From Acidobacteriota bacterium (GTDB lineage Bacteria; Acidobacteriota; UBA6911), in the NCBI GenBank assembly GCA_012719355.1, contig JAAYAM010000077.1:25383-89382 (forward strand): DNA of 64,000 nucleotides, written 5' to 3'. Made by a program: the position numbers and the translations under genes. Position 1 is the stretch's first letter. Each line of letters opens with the position of its first letter. Shown piece by piece: positions 49,917-59,814 of this stretch. Below the pieces are notes generated by a model. That model did no database searches and had not been told where the DNA came from. It worked only from the letters and a program-made list of their open reading frames with translations.

Positions 49917-51437
49917 ATGACGAATCAGAGCAAAGCCGGAGCTGAAAGCCGGGCATACACAGCATTGAAGGAAGTCTTCCAGGCAGGCCGCCCCATCATC
50001 TTTATCCGCACGGCCGAAGAGGCGCGTGCACACACGCTCCTGCAGGAGATTGGGCGCAAACTTTTTGCCGGGTCCACCACGGTGTGGAGCTGGTCGCTCA
50101 CAACCGGCCTTTCGCACCCGGAGAGCACGAATAGAGAGAAACTCGGGCCCGATGCAGTGCTCGACTTTATCGCGTCACACCGGCAAAAGGGGATATTCCA
50201 GCTGAAGGATTTCCATCATTTCATGGACGATCCTCTCATACGCAGGCGTTTGCGCGATCTGTACGGGCTCTGTCTGGACTCAGGCAAGTTCATTGTCATC
50301 ACATCCCCAGGCCGAACGATACCTGAAGAACTGGGCCGTCAGATTGCCCTGGTTGAGCTGCACACGCCGGATGCGGAAGAATTGCTCCACTTCCTTCGCA
50401 GCGAAGCGGAGACAATTGCGCGGCAGGGATTTCGGGTTGACACTTCCGAGCCGGTTCTGTTTGCACTTTCGCGGGCACTGCAGGGACTGACTATTGATGA
50501 GTCGCGTCACGCACTTCGGCGGGCGCTGTCGGTCGCCGGCGCCCTGGACATAAACTCGCTGCAGAGCCTGGTGGACGAAAAGAAGCTCGTTGTAAACAGG
50601 ACCGGACTGGTACAGTACGTTTCGGATTCGACCCGGATAGAGGATGTCGGCGGGCTCGAGTACCTGAAGGCATGGCTGACGGAGCGCCGCAAACTCTTCA
50701 TCGAGCGCGACAGCATGAGCGCCGAAATCGTGCCCAAAGGGCTGCTGGTCATGGGAGTTTCAGGCTGCGGCAAGAGCCTTTCAGTCAAAGCCATCGCATC
50801 CTGCTTCGGACTGCCGCTTTACCGGATCGAAATGAGCGAGGTCTTTTCCGGGCGACATGGCAATCCCGACGCCGCATTTGTCGAGGCGTGCCGTACGGTC
50901 GAGGCAGTCGCGCCGGCAGTCGTCTGGTTTGACGAAATTGAGATGGGGATTACGGGCAGGGCGACTGACGATGCGTCTCTCAGCCGCATCTTCGCATTCT
51001 TCCTCACGTGGATGCAGGAGAAAGCGCGCGGCCTGTTTGTCGCAGCGACAGCCAACCGGATCGACTTGCTTCCTGCCGAGATGATCCGGAAGGGAAGGTT
51101 CGACGAGGTCTTCTTCATCGATCTCCCCACAGAAGAGGAAAGGTCTGAAGTTTTCAGGATCCATCTCGAGAAACGCGGGATCGATCCAGTGCCGCTTCAG
51201 CTGCACAGGTTGAAGATAATCACCCAGGGATGGACGGGAGCCGAAATAGAACAATGCGTCGTCTCCGCCCTGACACAGGTGCGGCTGCAGAACCGGGAGC
51301 TTACGTTTGACGACCTTCATGAAGCGGCCCAGAACGTCATTCCGCTTTCAAAAACGATGCGCGAGCAGGTGGACCATATACGGTCCTGGGCTTATGACCG
51401 CGCATTGCGCGCCTCGCCGAAAGAATCGCGCAAATAA
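49917..51437 (+). CDS. AAA+ ATPase (classic clade) with a degenerate N-terminal ATPase-like domain; unknown function
   Basis: C-terminal AAA module: Walker A GVSGCGKS, Walker B VVWFDEIE, second region of homology ATANRIDLLPAEMIRKGRFDEV. The N-terminal 250 aa are Rossmann-like but lack Walker motifs. Confidence 0.75.
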   Translation: MTNQSKAGAESRAYTALKEVFQAGRPIIFIRTAEEARAHTLLQEIGRKLFAGSTTVWSWSLTTGLSHPESTNREKLGPDAVLDFIASHRQKGIFQLKDFHHFMDDPLIRRRLRDLYGLCLDSGKFIVITSPGRTIPEELGRQIALVELHTPDAEELLHFLRSEAETIARQGFRVDTSEPVLFALSRALQGLTIDESRHALRRALSVAGALDINSLQSLVDEKKLVVNRTGLVQYVSDSTRIEDVGGLEYLKAWLTERRKLFIERDSMSAEIVPKGLLVMGVSGCGKSLSVKAIASCFGLPLYRIEMSEVFSGRHGNPDAAFVEACRTVEAVAPAVVWFDEIEMGITGRATDDASLSRIFAFFLTWMQEKARGLFVAATANRIDLLPAEMIRKGRFDEVFFIDLPTEEERSEVFRIHLEKRGIDPVPLQLHRLKIITQGWTGAEIEQCVVSALTQVRLQNRELTFDDLHEAAQNVIPLSKTMREQVDHIRSWAYDRALRASPKESRK

Positions 51438-51455
51438 CCGGAAGCCGAATTAGGC

Positions 51456-54287
51456 TCACCTCAGCTCAATGATATTGACGTTCTTCTCTTCGAGGGCAAG
51501 TTCAAGCAGATCGTCGCGGCAGGTGAACAGCATGAGCTGGCGCCGTGAAGCCTCTCCTGTAAGGACGCCGATCGCCTGCTTCAACCGGTCGCTGTCGTAA
51601 GCTGCGAAGGGCTCATCCAGCAGGCAGGGGCACGGTTCCTCCTCGTTGGAAATCAGATCAAGAACACCGAAGCGCAGCGAGAAATAGAGCTGATCCTGGG
51701 TGCCTCGGCTCAAATGCTCGGCTAACCGGAGTTCCCCTGAATTCGTCTCCCGCACCCAGACCTGGAAATCCGGATCGATTTTTACTTCTTCATATCGCTT
51801 GTTGCACAGCAGCAGGAACCGCTGTTCGACAGAGGCATTTAGCTGCGGCGCGAGCACCTCCTGTTGCTGGCGCGACAGCTTCTGCAGCGTTTCGAGAGCA
51901 AGCTCCAGCGCAGTCCTGTTCTTTTGCAGCCGGTCGAAATCCTCTTCCGCCAAAGCGAGGTCTTCTTCGATTTCCGAAGAGAGCCGGGAATTCTCGAACG
52001 CGTGCTTCACTCTCTCAACAGCTCGGGCATGCTCTTCCCGTGCCCGGACCAGCTGCGATCTTATCTCTTCCTCTTTTTCTTCGGCTTCGGCGATATCGGG
52101 AAGGTAAGGCAGAAGCGGCGCAGGATCCTGTGAGTCCTCCGGTGCACCTTCGGGACATGACTGTGCCATCAGCTCATCGAGTCGCTCTTTCCACTGCTCC
52201 AGGCTCATATTTTCAGATAGCCGGCGAAATTCGCGCGTGTACGACGCTTCCTTTTCGAGCATGTCGAGCAGCTTCTGCCTCCTGGCGCATTCCTCGCGAA
52301 ACTGCTCCGGGGTGGCGACACCGGCGTGATCAAGCAGCGACTGAATGCGGGAACATTTCGCTTCATGCTCGTCTGCAAGCTCCTGCTCCCTTGCCTCCAG
52401 GGAAGCGGCCTTCTGAACACAGGCATCGTATTGGGAATCGAGCTCGCGGTAGCGCCTGAGATTCGCCCTCAGGACATCGATCTGGAATTTGAGGTTGCCG
52501 GGAGAACAGGAAAGCCCGGCCTTAGCCAGGCCATCCTTGAGCAAAAGGTAAAGTTCCTCCAGCTGAGCATTCAGGCGTTCTCTCTGCTGTTGCACTTCGT
52601 CCAGGCGCGATCTCAGGTCGCCGAGTTTCTGCCGGTCCTGCTCCGCCTGTCTTGCAGCTGCAAGGAAATCATCGATCCTGACGAAGCCCGAGTTCTTCAT
52701 AACTTCGCCCAGTTCGCGCCGTTTCCTTCCGCCCTCCTCTCTCGTGGAATTCAGCTCCTTTTCGAGGCTGCGAATCATCTCTCTCGTTTTCGCAGCGGTT
52801 TTCCGCGCCAGGGCGGCGCCGGCAAAGAGAATGATGGCAACCAGCACCAGCAAGGCCCCGAGTCCGATCACCGCACCCTGCGGCAAAACGTCCAATCCGA
52901 ATCCGTACCGGACAACGGAAGGCGCGATTCCCAGAAACAGCGACAGTCCGGCAAGAAGTTTTCTGCTCGAGGAGGTGCGCTCCGCTTCGGCAAGAGCCGA
53001 TTTTTCAACCGCTGCCTTTTCCGCCAGCACAGTGCACTTCTGGGAAGCGATCTGTTCTTCTTCGGCGGCCTCGCGCGCAATGCGCTGCCAGTCGCTTTCG
53101 GGATTCCTGAAGGCCGCGCTCAGTTCGCTCAAGCGGTTCTCCAGTGCAGTGACTTCGCCTTCGAGTCTGGTCTGGGTTTTCTGCTGACCATCTCTCTGCA
53201 GCGTAATGCTGAGATAGGTCACAAACCATTCCGTGATCTTCTCTGTCTCATTGCCCTTGGCGAATTCCGCGTATGCGGCAAGTTCTTCCCTCTGCCGTTC
53301 GGCCCTTGAGAGACGCTCCAGCGCTTCTTCCTTTTCGGCCCGGATCTCGTCCAGATGTTTTCCCAGACTGTCGCGGGCGCCCATCAGCTCATTGAGTTCA
53401 TTGAGATCTTCCGCAGGAAAATCCTCGCGCGCGCCCAGAACGCCGATTCCGCTCCTGAGGTCGAAAAGATTTTCCTGGAGTTCCTCAAGCATCCGGATTT
53501 TCGCGGTCACTTCGCGTCTGCGAGCGGACAGAAGCGCTCTCTGGATTGCGGCGAGTTCCCGCTCCAACCGGGACATTTCGTTCGCCGCGCGACTCCGCTC
53601 CTCTATCCAACCCTGAAATTGCCGTCGGCGCTCTTCCAGCGCCGTTCGCTCGTTCTGCAGTGTCTGGACAAGATCCATCGCCTGGCGGTAAGGCTTCGTC
53701 GGGGCCCGTTCTGAACCGATAGAATCAAGCTTGTCCTGAATCTCCAACAGGCTCCGGCGAATCGAGAGTTCCTCATCGCCGGACTGCGCGAGATTCGCTA
53801 TCCTGTCGCGTATGCTCTCGTGCCCGCTGATCTCCGCGGCCCTGTTCTCACGTATGATTCCCACGGATTCGAAGAGCTCCTTCGGCATTCCGAGATGGGT
53901 CCGGGCAAAGAGCACCTCTCCGTTGCGCTGCTGTTCGTACTGTCTGGTGATCTCCTCGCCAGCCGACGTGCGAAGCTCGATCCTGGTTTCCTCTCTTCCG
54001 AACCCCCGGTGTATTTCAATTTCACGGCCGTCCTGGAGTCTGCACCATACGATCCCCCCGTATTCCTGGCAATGCCATGGCCTGTAGTGCTCGACCCACG
54101 GATCCAGGCGCCGCTGGACCCTAAGGTCGGCCCGTAACTGGCCGTACAGCATTCCGGTGAGGAATCGCTGGAGGGTCGATTTACCGCCTTCATTGGCGGC
54201 GAAAACAAGATTGAGCCCGCTCTGGAATTCGAGCATCGTGTCGCGCAGTTTTCCAAATCCAAGGATATGACAGCGTGTCAGGATCAT
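51456..54287 (-). CDS. SbcC/Rad50-like ABC ATPase with a central transmembrane hairpin (YhaN/SbcE-like)
   Basis: N-terminal Walker A FAANEGGKSTL. Long coiled-coil arms rich in E/R/A/L. C-terminal signature/D-loop region (LSRGTQDQLYFSLRF, CLLDEPFAAYD). Two hydrophobic helices at aa 444-495 where a zinc hook would be expected. Confidence 0.75.
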   Translation of the reverse strand: MILTRCHILGFGKLRDTMLEFQSGLNLVFAANEGGKSTLQRFLTGMLYGQLRADLRVQRRLDPWVEHYRPWHCQEYGGIVWCRLQDGREIEIHRGFGREETRIELRTSAGEEITRQYEQQRNGEVLFARTHLGMPKELFESVGIIRENRAAEISGHESIRDRIANLAQSGDEELSIRRSLLEIQDKLDSIGSERAPTKPYRQAMDLVQTLQNERTALEERRRQFQGWIEERSRAANEMSRLERELAAIQRALLSARRREVTAKIRMLEELQENLFDLRSGIGVLGAREDFPAEDLNELNELMGARDSLGKHLDEIRAEKEEALERLSRAERQREELAAYAEFAKGNETEKITEWFVTYLSITLQRDGQQKTQTRLEGEVTALENRLSELSAAFRNPESDWQRIAREAAEEEQIASQKCTVLAEKAAVEKSALAEAERTSSSRKLLAGLSLFLGIAPSVVRYGFGLDVLPQGAVIGLGALLVLVAIILFAGAALARKTAAKTREMIRSLEKELNSTREEGGRKRRELGEVMKNSGFVRIDDFLAAARQAEQDRQKLGDLRSRLDEVQQQRERLNAQLEELYLLLKDGLAKAGLSCSPGNLKFQIDVLRANLRRYRELDSQYDACVQKAASLEAREQELADEHEAKCSRIQSLLDHAGVATPEQFREECARRQKLLDMLEKEASYTREFRRLSENMSLEQWKERLDELMAQSCPEGAPEDSQDPAPLLPYLPDIAEAEEKEEEIRSQLVRAREEHARAVERVKHAFENSRLSSEIEEDLALAEEDFDRLQKNRTALELALETLQKLSRQQQEVLAPQLNASVEQRFLLLCNKRYEEVKIDPDFQVWVRETNSGELRLAEHLSRGTQDQLYFSLRFGVLDLISNEEEPCPCLLDEPFAAYDSDRLKQAIGVLTGEASRRQLMLFTCRDDLLELALEEKNVNIIELR

Positions 54288-55429
54288 AGCAGCCTCACTC
54301 CCCGTCCACTAAGTGCCTGGACGCCATACAACCGCGCTCGTTCGAGAACCGTTCTTTCGGATTCCGAGGCCGAGGCGATCCGCTCGTTCATGATGCGGAC
54401 AAACCGCCCGCGCATCGTCTTTTCCCGTGCGAGAGATTCGAAATCATGCGCCGGCTGAGTCCTATCTTCCCACTGCAGGTAAAGCGCCTCCCCTGCAAGC
54501 CTTTCTTCAAGTTCGGAGAATGAAAGGTCGAGTCTGGGATCCAAAGTCCCGGCAAGTCGGACCCGGAGAATCGTGTTGGCATCAAACGATACGCCGCGCC
54601 GCTGAAGAATCGCGTCCAGGATCTGCTCGCGTGTTGAGAACGCGTCGCATTCGATTTCGATGGTGTTCAGGTTGTACTGGCTGCATGACCTGCTGTCGAT
54701 TCTTACGGCTCCATCTGTTATCTCACCGACGAGATAGCCGCGGCTCCCCTCTTCGTCCCATCCCCTCCCCTCAGGTATGCCCGAATACCAGACCTGCGTC
54801 TCATCAATCGGATTCGGGATCTGACGCTGCTGATGATAATGACCGAGGGCGCAGTACCGCACGTTCTTGCGAACGATCTCCTCGACCGCGAACGGTCCGT
54901 GTGGCGACTTTCCGGTGGGAACACGGCTGAGATCGGATCCGTGGGACAGGACGATGTTGAAGAAATCGTCGGGGAGCACGGGCAGGCGTTCGAAGTGATG
55001 CTCGTCGAGCCTGCTTCTGCTGAAGCCGAAGCCCGTGACCCGAACGCCAAGATCCGGAAGTTCAACCGAACGGAATTCCTCTTCAGTGAAGATGTGGACG
55101 TTCGAGGGCCATGATTCTTCCCTGTAAGGCGATCCCTGAATACATGGGTCGTGGTTGCCGGGAGAAATGAAGACCGGGGCAGGATTCAGTCTCTCCAGCT
55201 GAAGTCTGAGAAATTCGAAGGTGTCGGGAGTGATGCGGTCGATTTCGAAAAGATCTCCTGCTATCAGCACGAAATCAACGCCTTCGTTCTGCACATCCTC
55301 CACTATACGGCGGAAGGTACCGCGTATGGCTTCCCTCTTGCGATCTCCAAGACGGGAAGGAAAACCCGAACCGGAAAAACTGGTGTCCAAATGAACGTCC
55401 GAGGTATGGACAAATCGAACGGGTCTCAT
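54284..55429 (-). CDS. SbcD/Mre11-like calcineurin-fold phosphoesterase (YhaO/SbcF-like)
   Basis: Motifs I-V of Mre11-type phosphoesterases: HTSDVHLD, AGDLFE, GNHD, VLSHG, GHYH. ATGA overlap with the downstream ATPase gene. Confidence 0.8.
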   Translation of the reverse strand: MRPVRFVHTSDVHLDTSFSGSGFPSRLGDRKREAIRGTFRRIVEDVQNEGVDFVLIAGDLFEIDRITPDTFEFLRLQLERLNPAPVFISPGNHDPCIQGSPYREESWPSNVHIFTEEEFRSVELPDLGVRVTGFGFSRSRLDEHHFERLPVLPDDFFNIVLSHGSDLSRVPTGKSPHGPFAVEEIVRKNVRYCALGHYHQQRQIPNPIDETQVWYSGIPEGRGWDEEGSRGYLVGEITDGAVRIDSRSCSQYNLNTIEIECDAFSTREQILDAILQRRGVSFDANTILRVRLAGTLDPRLDLSFSELEERLAGEALYLQWEDRTQPAHDFESLAREKTMRGRFVRIMNERIASASESERTVLERARLYGVQALSGRGVRLL

Positions 55430-55450
55430 TGCGGTTCTCCCTTCACATGC

Positions 55451-56842
55451 TTATGCCAAATGCACGCTTTCAAGCAGCCTCGGCACATGCGTCTTCCAGC
55501 CGAGAGTGCCCTCGATCTCGCGCGCGAGAGCCCTGCTCGACTCCTCCTCTCCATGGACGATGAATGTGAGCCGCGGCGCCTCTCTGAACTTGCTCAGCCA
55601 GCGCATAATCTCGATGGAATCCGCGTGGCCGGAGAATGCGTCAACGGTGCGGATCTGGGCACGCACCGGCACCATTTCACCATGGATCTTGATTGCTCTT
55701 GCACCGTCTCTCAGCAACTGGCCGCGCGTCCCGACGGATTGGTAGCCTACAAACAGGATGGTATTGCGCGAATCCGGCAGCCGGTATTTCAGATGGTGCA
55801 GGATGCGTCCGCCGGTGGCCATCCCGCTGGCCGAGACTATCACGGCCGGAAAGCGGATGTCGTTGATCTTCTGTGAATCTTCACGCGTGTGCACGAACTG
55901 CAGGCCGGGACAATGGACGGGACACTCTCCCGTTTCCCGGAAGACCTTCTTCGCCTCCTCGTCAAACTCGTCGATATGGCGGCAGAATACGTCGGTTACT
56001 CTCCGGGCCATAGGGCTGTCGACGAAGACCGGGAGGTCGGGGATAAGACCGCGGACTTTCATGTCCCGCAACAGGTACAGAAGCGTCTGAGTACGGCCCA
56101 CCGCAAAGGACGGGATTACAACCATCCCGCCGCGTTTGGCGGTCTCCTTGATGATCGCGGTCAGTTCCTTTACAGGGTCGTCCTCCATATGCACACGGTT
56201 CCCGTACGTCGACTCCAGGACAAGGTAGTCTGCCTGGATGACAGGCGCCGGATCCCTCAGGACAAGGGCGTCGTATCGCCCCAGATCGCCGGAAAACACC
56301 AGTCGCATGGGCCTTCCGTTGAGCATGTTGACCTCGACGGTTGCGGAACCGAGTATGTGCCCCGCGTCGCGGAACCTGATCTGTGTCCCGTCAGGCAGTT
56401 CCGTCTGCTCGTCGTAATCGATTGTGCGGAAAAGCGGCATCACGTGCTCAGCATCTTCGCTTGTAAAAAGCGGGAGTGCAGGCGTGTGCTTGCTGAATTT
56501 CATTTTGTTGGCAAAACGTGCATCTTCTTCCTGGAGGTGCGCGGCATCCATCAAACTGATTTCACAGAGTTCCGCAGTCACGGCGGTCGTCCAGATTTTT
56601 CCGCGGAAACCCTCACGCACCAGTACCGGAAGCATCCCCGCATGGTCTATGTGCGCATGAGTGAGCAGCACGTGATCAACAGATGAAGGCTTCACCTGCG
56701 GGGGTTCCCAGTTCATAAGGCGGAGGTGTTTGGGGCCCTGGAACATGCCATAGTCGACCAGGAAACGAGTTTCTCCGGTATCGATCAGAAATTTTGAGCC
56801 GCTGACCGTACCGGCCGCTCCTAGAAACCTGATTTTAGCCAT
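55451..56842 (-). CDS. beta-CASP family metallo-beta-lactamase-fold nuclease
   Basis: MBL motifs LLTHAHIDHAG (HxHxDH), GH and the acidic residue, then a beta-CASP insert and C-terminal RMMBL-like motifs (DAFSGHAD, IVHGEE). Start at the internal Met MAKIRFLG. 21 nt upstream of the sbcD-like gene on the same strand. Confidence 0.8.
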   Translation of the reverse strand: MAKIRFLGAAGTVSGSKFLIDTGETRFLVDYGMFQGPKHLRLMNWEPPQVKPSSVDHVLLTHAHIDHAGMLPVLVREGFRGKIWTTAVTAELCEISLMDAAHLQEEDARFANKMKFSKHTPALPLFTSEDAEHVMPLFRTIDYDEQTELPDGTQIRFRDAGHILGSATVEVNMLNGRPMRLVFSGDLGRYDALVLRDPAPVIQADYLVLESTYGNRVHMEDDPVKELTAIIKETAKRGGMVVIPSFAVGRTQTLLYLLRDMKVRGLIPDLPVFVDSPMARRVTDVFCRHIDEFDEEAKKVFRETGECPVHCPGLQFVHTREDSQKINDIRFPAVIVSASGMATGGRILHHLKYRLPDSRNTILFVGYQSVGTRGQLLRDGARAIKIHGEMVPVRAQIRTVDAFSGHADSIEIMRWLSKFREAPRLTFIVHGEEESSRALAREIEGTLGWKTHVPRLLESVHLA

Positions 56843-56925
56843 GATGTTGAATATGCAAGAACAGGCACACAAGATGCAACATACAAATCTTCAATTCCCT
56901 TCAAAGAATTGTTGCGGACGCTTCG

Positions 56926-59574
56926 CTACGGCTTCTCAAGCCCCTTCGCGGCCGTGGTAAGAAGTGCGGCCGTCGGTTCTGCGGCGGACGTGAGAATCGA
57001 ATTGAACAGCAGTTTGAATGTCCCGTGCGACTGCGCGCGGTGCTGAACCCTCAACGGCATCAGGATCATTCTTCCTTTCCCGAGCTTCACTTCGACCGCG
57101 CCGATTTTGCCGTGCAGATATGATTCACCATGGAGCCAGCCGCTCCTGAGAATGTCTGCCGAAGGATAGCGGACGAGAACGGAATCCCCGGCTGCCGACT
57201 CGGGAGCGGTGGGTTCAAGCGCCATGGAGTTGATGAAGTAGCCGCTTGCCTGTTCCGGCATGCCATAGCCGATAGGATGAGTGTTGTCGACTGAAATGCG
57301 CAGAATGGAGCCGGGGCAGAGAAATGTTTCCCGGTTCAGACCTCGCAACGCATCTCTGTACGGAGCACCGAACTTCTCGACAGCGAGAAGCGAACTCCGG
57401 CCAAGCGTGATAAGAGTCCCCCCCTGGTTGATGAAGTGGTGGAGCGCCCTGACGCCGGGCTCTTCGATCCCTCCGCGGAATTCCTCCGGCATGTTCTTCT
57501 GAGTCAGACCGTAGATTATCTCAGACGAACTCATATCCGGAAAAATGATCACATCAAATTTGTTGTCCAGCGCCCCGGCCCTGATGTCTTCCGGATGAGC
57601 GGTGACGAAGGGAAATTCATTCTGTTCCAGCAGCCAGCGTGTCCAGCCTTCATCCATATTGCCGCCCCACGGCTGGTAGAGCGCAATACGGGGCGACTGA
57701 ATGCGCAGCCCCTCAAGTTCAGGAAGATCCTCAGCTACGGCATCAATCCCAAGCTCTTCGGTAATTTGTCTCATCACAGGACGAAGATCGTTTCCGCCGC
57801 GTACCACGATCGCCCCGGGCCCGTATTGCCGCCTGCCGAGCGACAGTGGATGCGCAACCCAGGTTACGTAGTAGCCCAGTTTGAGCAGGCGGTTCACCGC
57901 CCTGGTGCTGTTGTTCGGCTCGTGACTGATAACATAGTCACGGCCTTGACCAGAAAGTCTCCCGGAAGGAAGTTTGACCCGGTTCAACCTCTTGAGTCTG
58001 GCCTCAAACGGGTTGCGGACAAAGACGGTCTCGACGCCCATCTGCATCCCGAGCGACCAGCCGGTAATGTCGTATGGCGAATAGGACGAATTCGCAAGGG
58101 CAGCCGCCGGATAGGTCTGCGGCTCAAGCATGTCTTTGAGGTAGGCCCGGAAAGGCTGGCTCATCAGCAGCACGTATGTGCCGGAGGGATACACGACATC
58201 ATCGGCTGCAAACGGCTCCTGCGCCTGGTGCACCTCGATCCCCGCGTATTCCAGCGTCTGCAGCATCTTGACGGCTGTGGGCCGGTCGGCCTGCTCGGCG
58301 GGAACGATGACTGCGTACGGATCACCTTTCTTTCCAAGCTCGATCTGGCGCTTGCCGACAATGTACAGCGATTCCAGTAACTGCGAACGGAGCCCGGCGC
58401 TGCTTTCAAGCAATCCCATGGTCGCAATCAGCTCGTAATCGACAATATCGCGCAACGACCACTTTCCTCCGCGCCACGGCTGCGGATACTGCACCCGCGG
58501 GTTCAGATCGGCGGGAGGCGGAAGCAGCTTGCCGTTCTGCGGGAGTGTTGTATTCACCCGAGGGGATTGCGGATCCGCCAACTCCTGCTCGATTGTTCCC
58601 GCCAACCGGGCTGAGGCGACTTCGGTCAGAAGCCCTATCATGTTGTGCCACAGTCCAGCCCACGCCATGGCGCCTTCCCACCAGTAGGTGTAGACGTCGC
58701 CATAGATGATTCCATTCTTCCCTTCGCGCTCGAGCGCCGCCGCCTGCGAGAAACCAAGCAGCCCGGCATTGCGGTAGATGAGCGGATCCACGTTCGGATT
58801 GATGGGGTCCATGGCGGGCATCACGAAGATGCGTGGTCCTGCGGAGCCCATCTGGTGCAGGTCGAGCCAGACTGCAGGGAACCAGTCCTGATAAAGGACT
58901 TTGCCGATGAGCCGCGTCTCTTTCTGGGTGAACATGAACGAATCACGGTTGTTGTCATGGCCGGTATAGGGATGGAACAGCCATGGCAAGGGCGCGTCTT
59001 CATGCGGAGTATCGACGGTCCGGTTGTACCAGTCTGTGATCATGATGTGGCCGTCGGGATTAAGGCTGGGAACCAGCAGGAATACCACACCATCCAGAAT
59101 AGCGTCGATCTGCGGCGTCTTTTCCGTCACCAGTCTATGCGCCAGCTCGACCGACATCTGGCTCGCACCGATCTCGTTAGAGTGAATGCTGCAGGTAACG
59201 AGGACGAACACCTTTCCTTCGTTGATCAGCTTTCGCGCCTGGACCTCGTCGGAAATGGTACGCGGATCAAAGAGCCTTCGGTTTATCTCCCTGTAGTGAT
59301 CGAGTTCCCTCAGATTGCCGGGGGAAGAGATCACCGCCATCACCAGGGGATTCCCCATGGTGCTCTCTCCCAGGTGATGAAACTTGAGCCGGTCCGTCGT
59401 TGCCGAGAGTTCCTGCAGGTAGGCGATCAGCCTGTCCCACTGGATCAGCTTCTTTTCCGCACCAGCACGATGTCCGAAGAACTGCTCGGGGCTTCTCGGT
59501 TGAACGGAAGTATGTCCAGGGGACAGGAAGAAGAGCACCGCAATTGCGAGGAAACAGTTTCGGACAAGGCTCAT
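56926..59574 (-). CDS. secreted M14-family zinc carboxypeptidase (large, multi-domain)
   Basis: Signal peptide from internal Met (MSLVRNCFLAIAVLFFLSPGHTS). M14 zinc ligands HSNE...H in CSIHSNEIGAS. About 880 aa with a large C-terminal extension. Confidence 0.75.
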   Translation of the reverse strand: MSLVRNCFLAIAVLFFLSPGHTSVQPRSPEQFFGHRAGAEKKLIQWDRLIAYLQELSATTDRLKFHHLGESTMGNPLVMAVISSPGNLRELDHYREINRRLFDPRTISDEVQARKLINEGKVFVLVTCSIHSNEIGASQMSVELAHRLVTEKTPQIDAILDGVVFLLVPSLNPDGHIMITDWYNRTVDTPHEDAPLPWLFHPYTGHDNNRDSFMFTQKETRLIGKVLYQDWFPAVWLDLHQMGSAGPRIFVMPAMDPINPNVDPLIYRNAGLLGFSQAAALEREGKNGIIYGDVYTYWWEGAMAWAGLWHNMIGLLTEVASARLAGTIEQELADPQSPRVNTTLPQNGKLLPPPADLNPRVQYPQPWRGGKWSLRDIVDYELIATMGLLESSAGLRSQLLESLYIVGKRQIELGKKGDPYAVIVPAEQADRPTAVKMLQTLEYAGIEVHQAQEPFAADDVVYPSGTYVLLMSQPFRAYLKDMLEPQTYPAAALANSSYSPYDITGWSLGMQMGVETVFVRNPFEARLKRLNRVKLPSGRLSGQGRDYVISHEPNNSTRAVNRLLKLGYYVTWVAHPLSLGRRQYGPGAIVVRGGNDLRPVMRQITEELGIDAVAEDLPELEGLRIQSPRIALYQPWGGNMDEGWTRWLLEQNEFPFVTAHPEDIRAGALDNKFDVIIFPDMSSSEIIYGLTQKNMPEEFRGGIEEPGVRALHHFINQGGTLITLGRSSLLAVEKFGAPYRDALRGLNRETFLCPGSILRISVDNTHPIGYGMPEQASGYFINSMALEPTAPESAAGDSVLVRYPSADILRSGWLHGESYLHGKIGAVEVKLGKGRMILMPLRVQHRAQSHGTFKLLFNSILTSAAEPTAALLTTAAKGLEKP

Positions 59575-59814
59575 TCGACAATCCCTCCAGGCGATTGACA
59601 GTTGTTCGGGATGTTGGAAGAGTCTGGTGCGCGAGAAGAGGAACTCAAGAACCGGAAAACCAGAATCGCCCAATTCTACACGGTAATGGGCGATTCAGCA
59701 CAGGAAAAGTTGAACATCCCTCCGCAGCCCCGGTTTTGGCGCGACATCACCGATTCGGGTCGCGATGGCCTTGTATTGCGGTACCCCGCCCATGCGGCGT
59801 AACGGCCGGGATGG

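Noticed and set aside
49917-56872. Treating the AAA ATPase plus the three-gene nuclease operon as one four-gene system
   Set aside because: The AAA gene is convergent (opposite strand) to the operon, so co-transcription is impossible. Functional linkage remains speculative and is reported separately.
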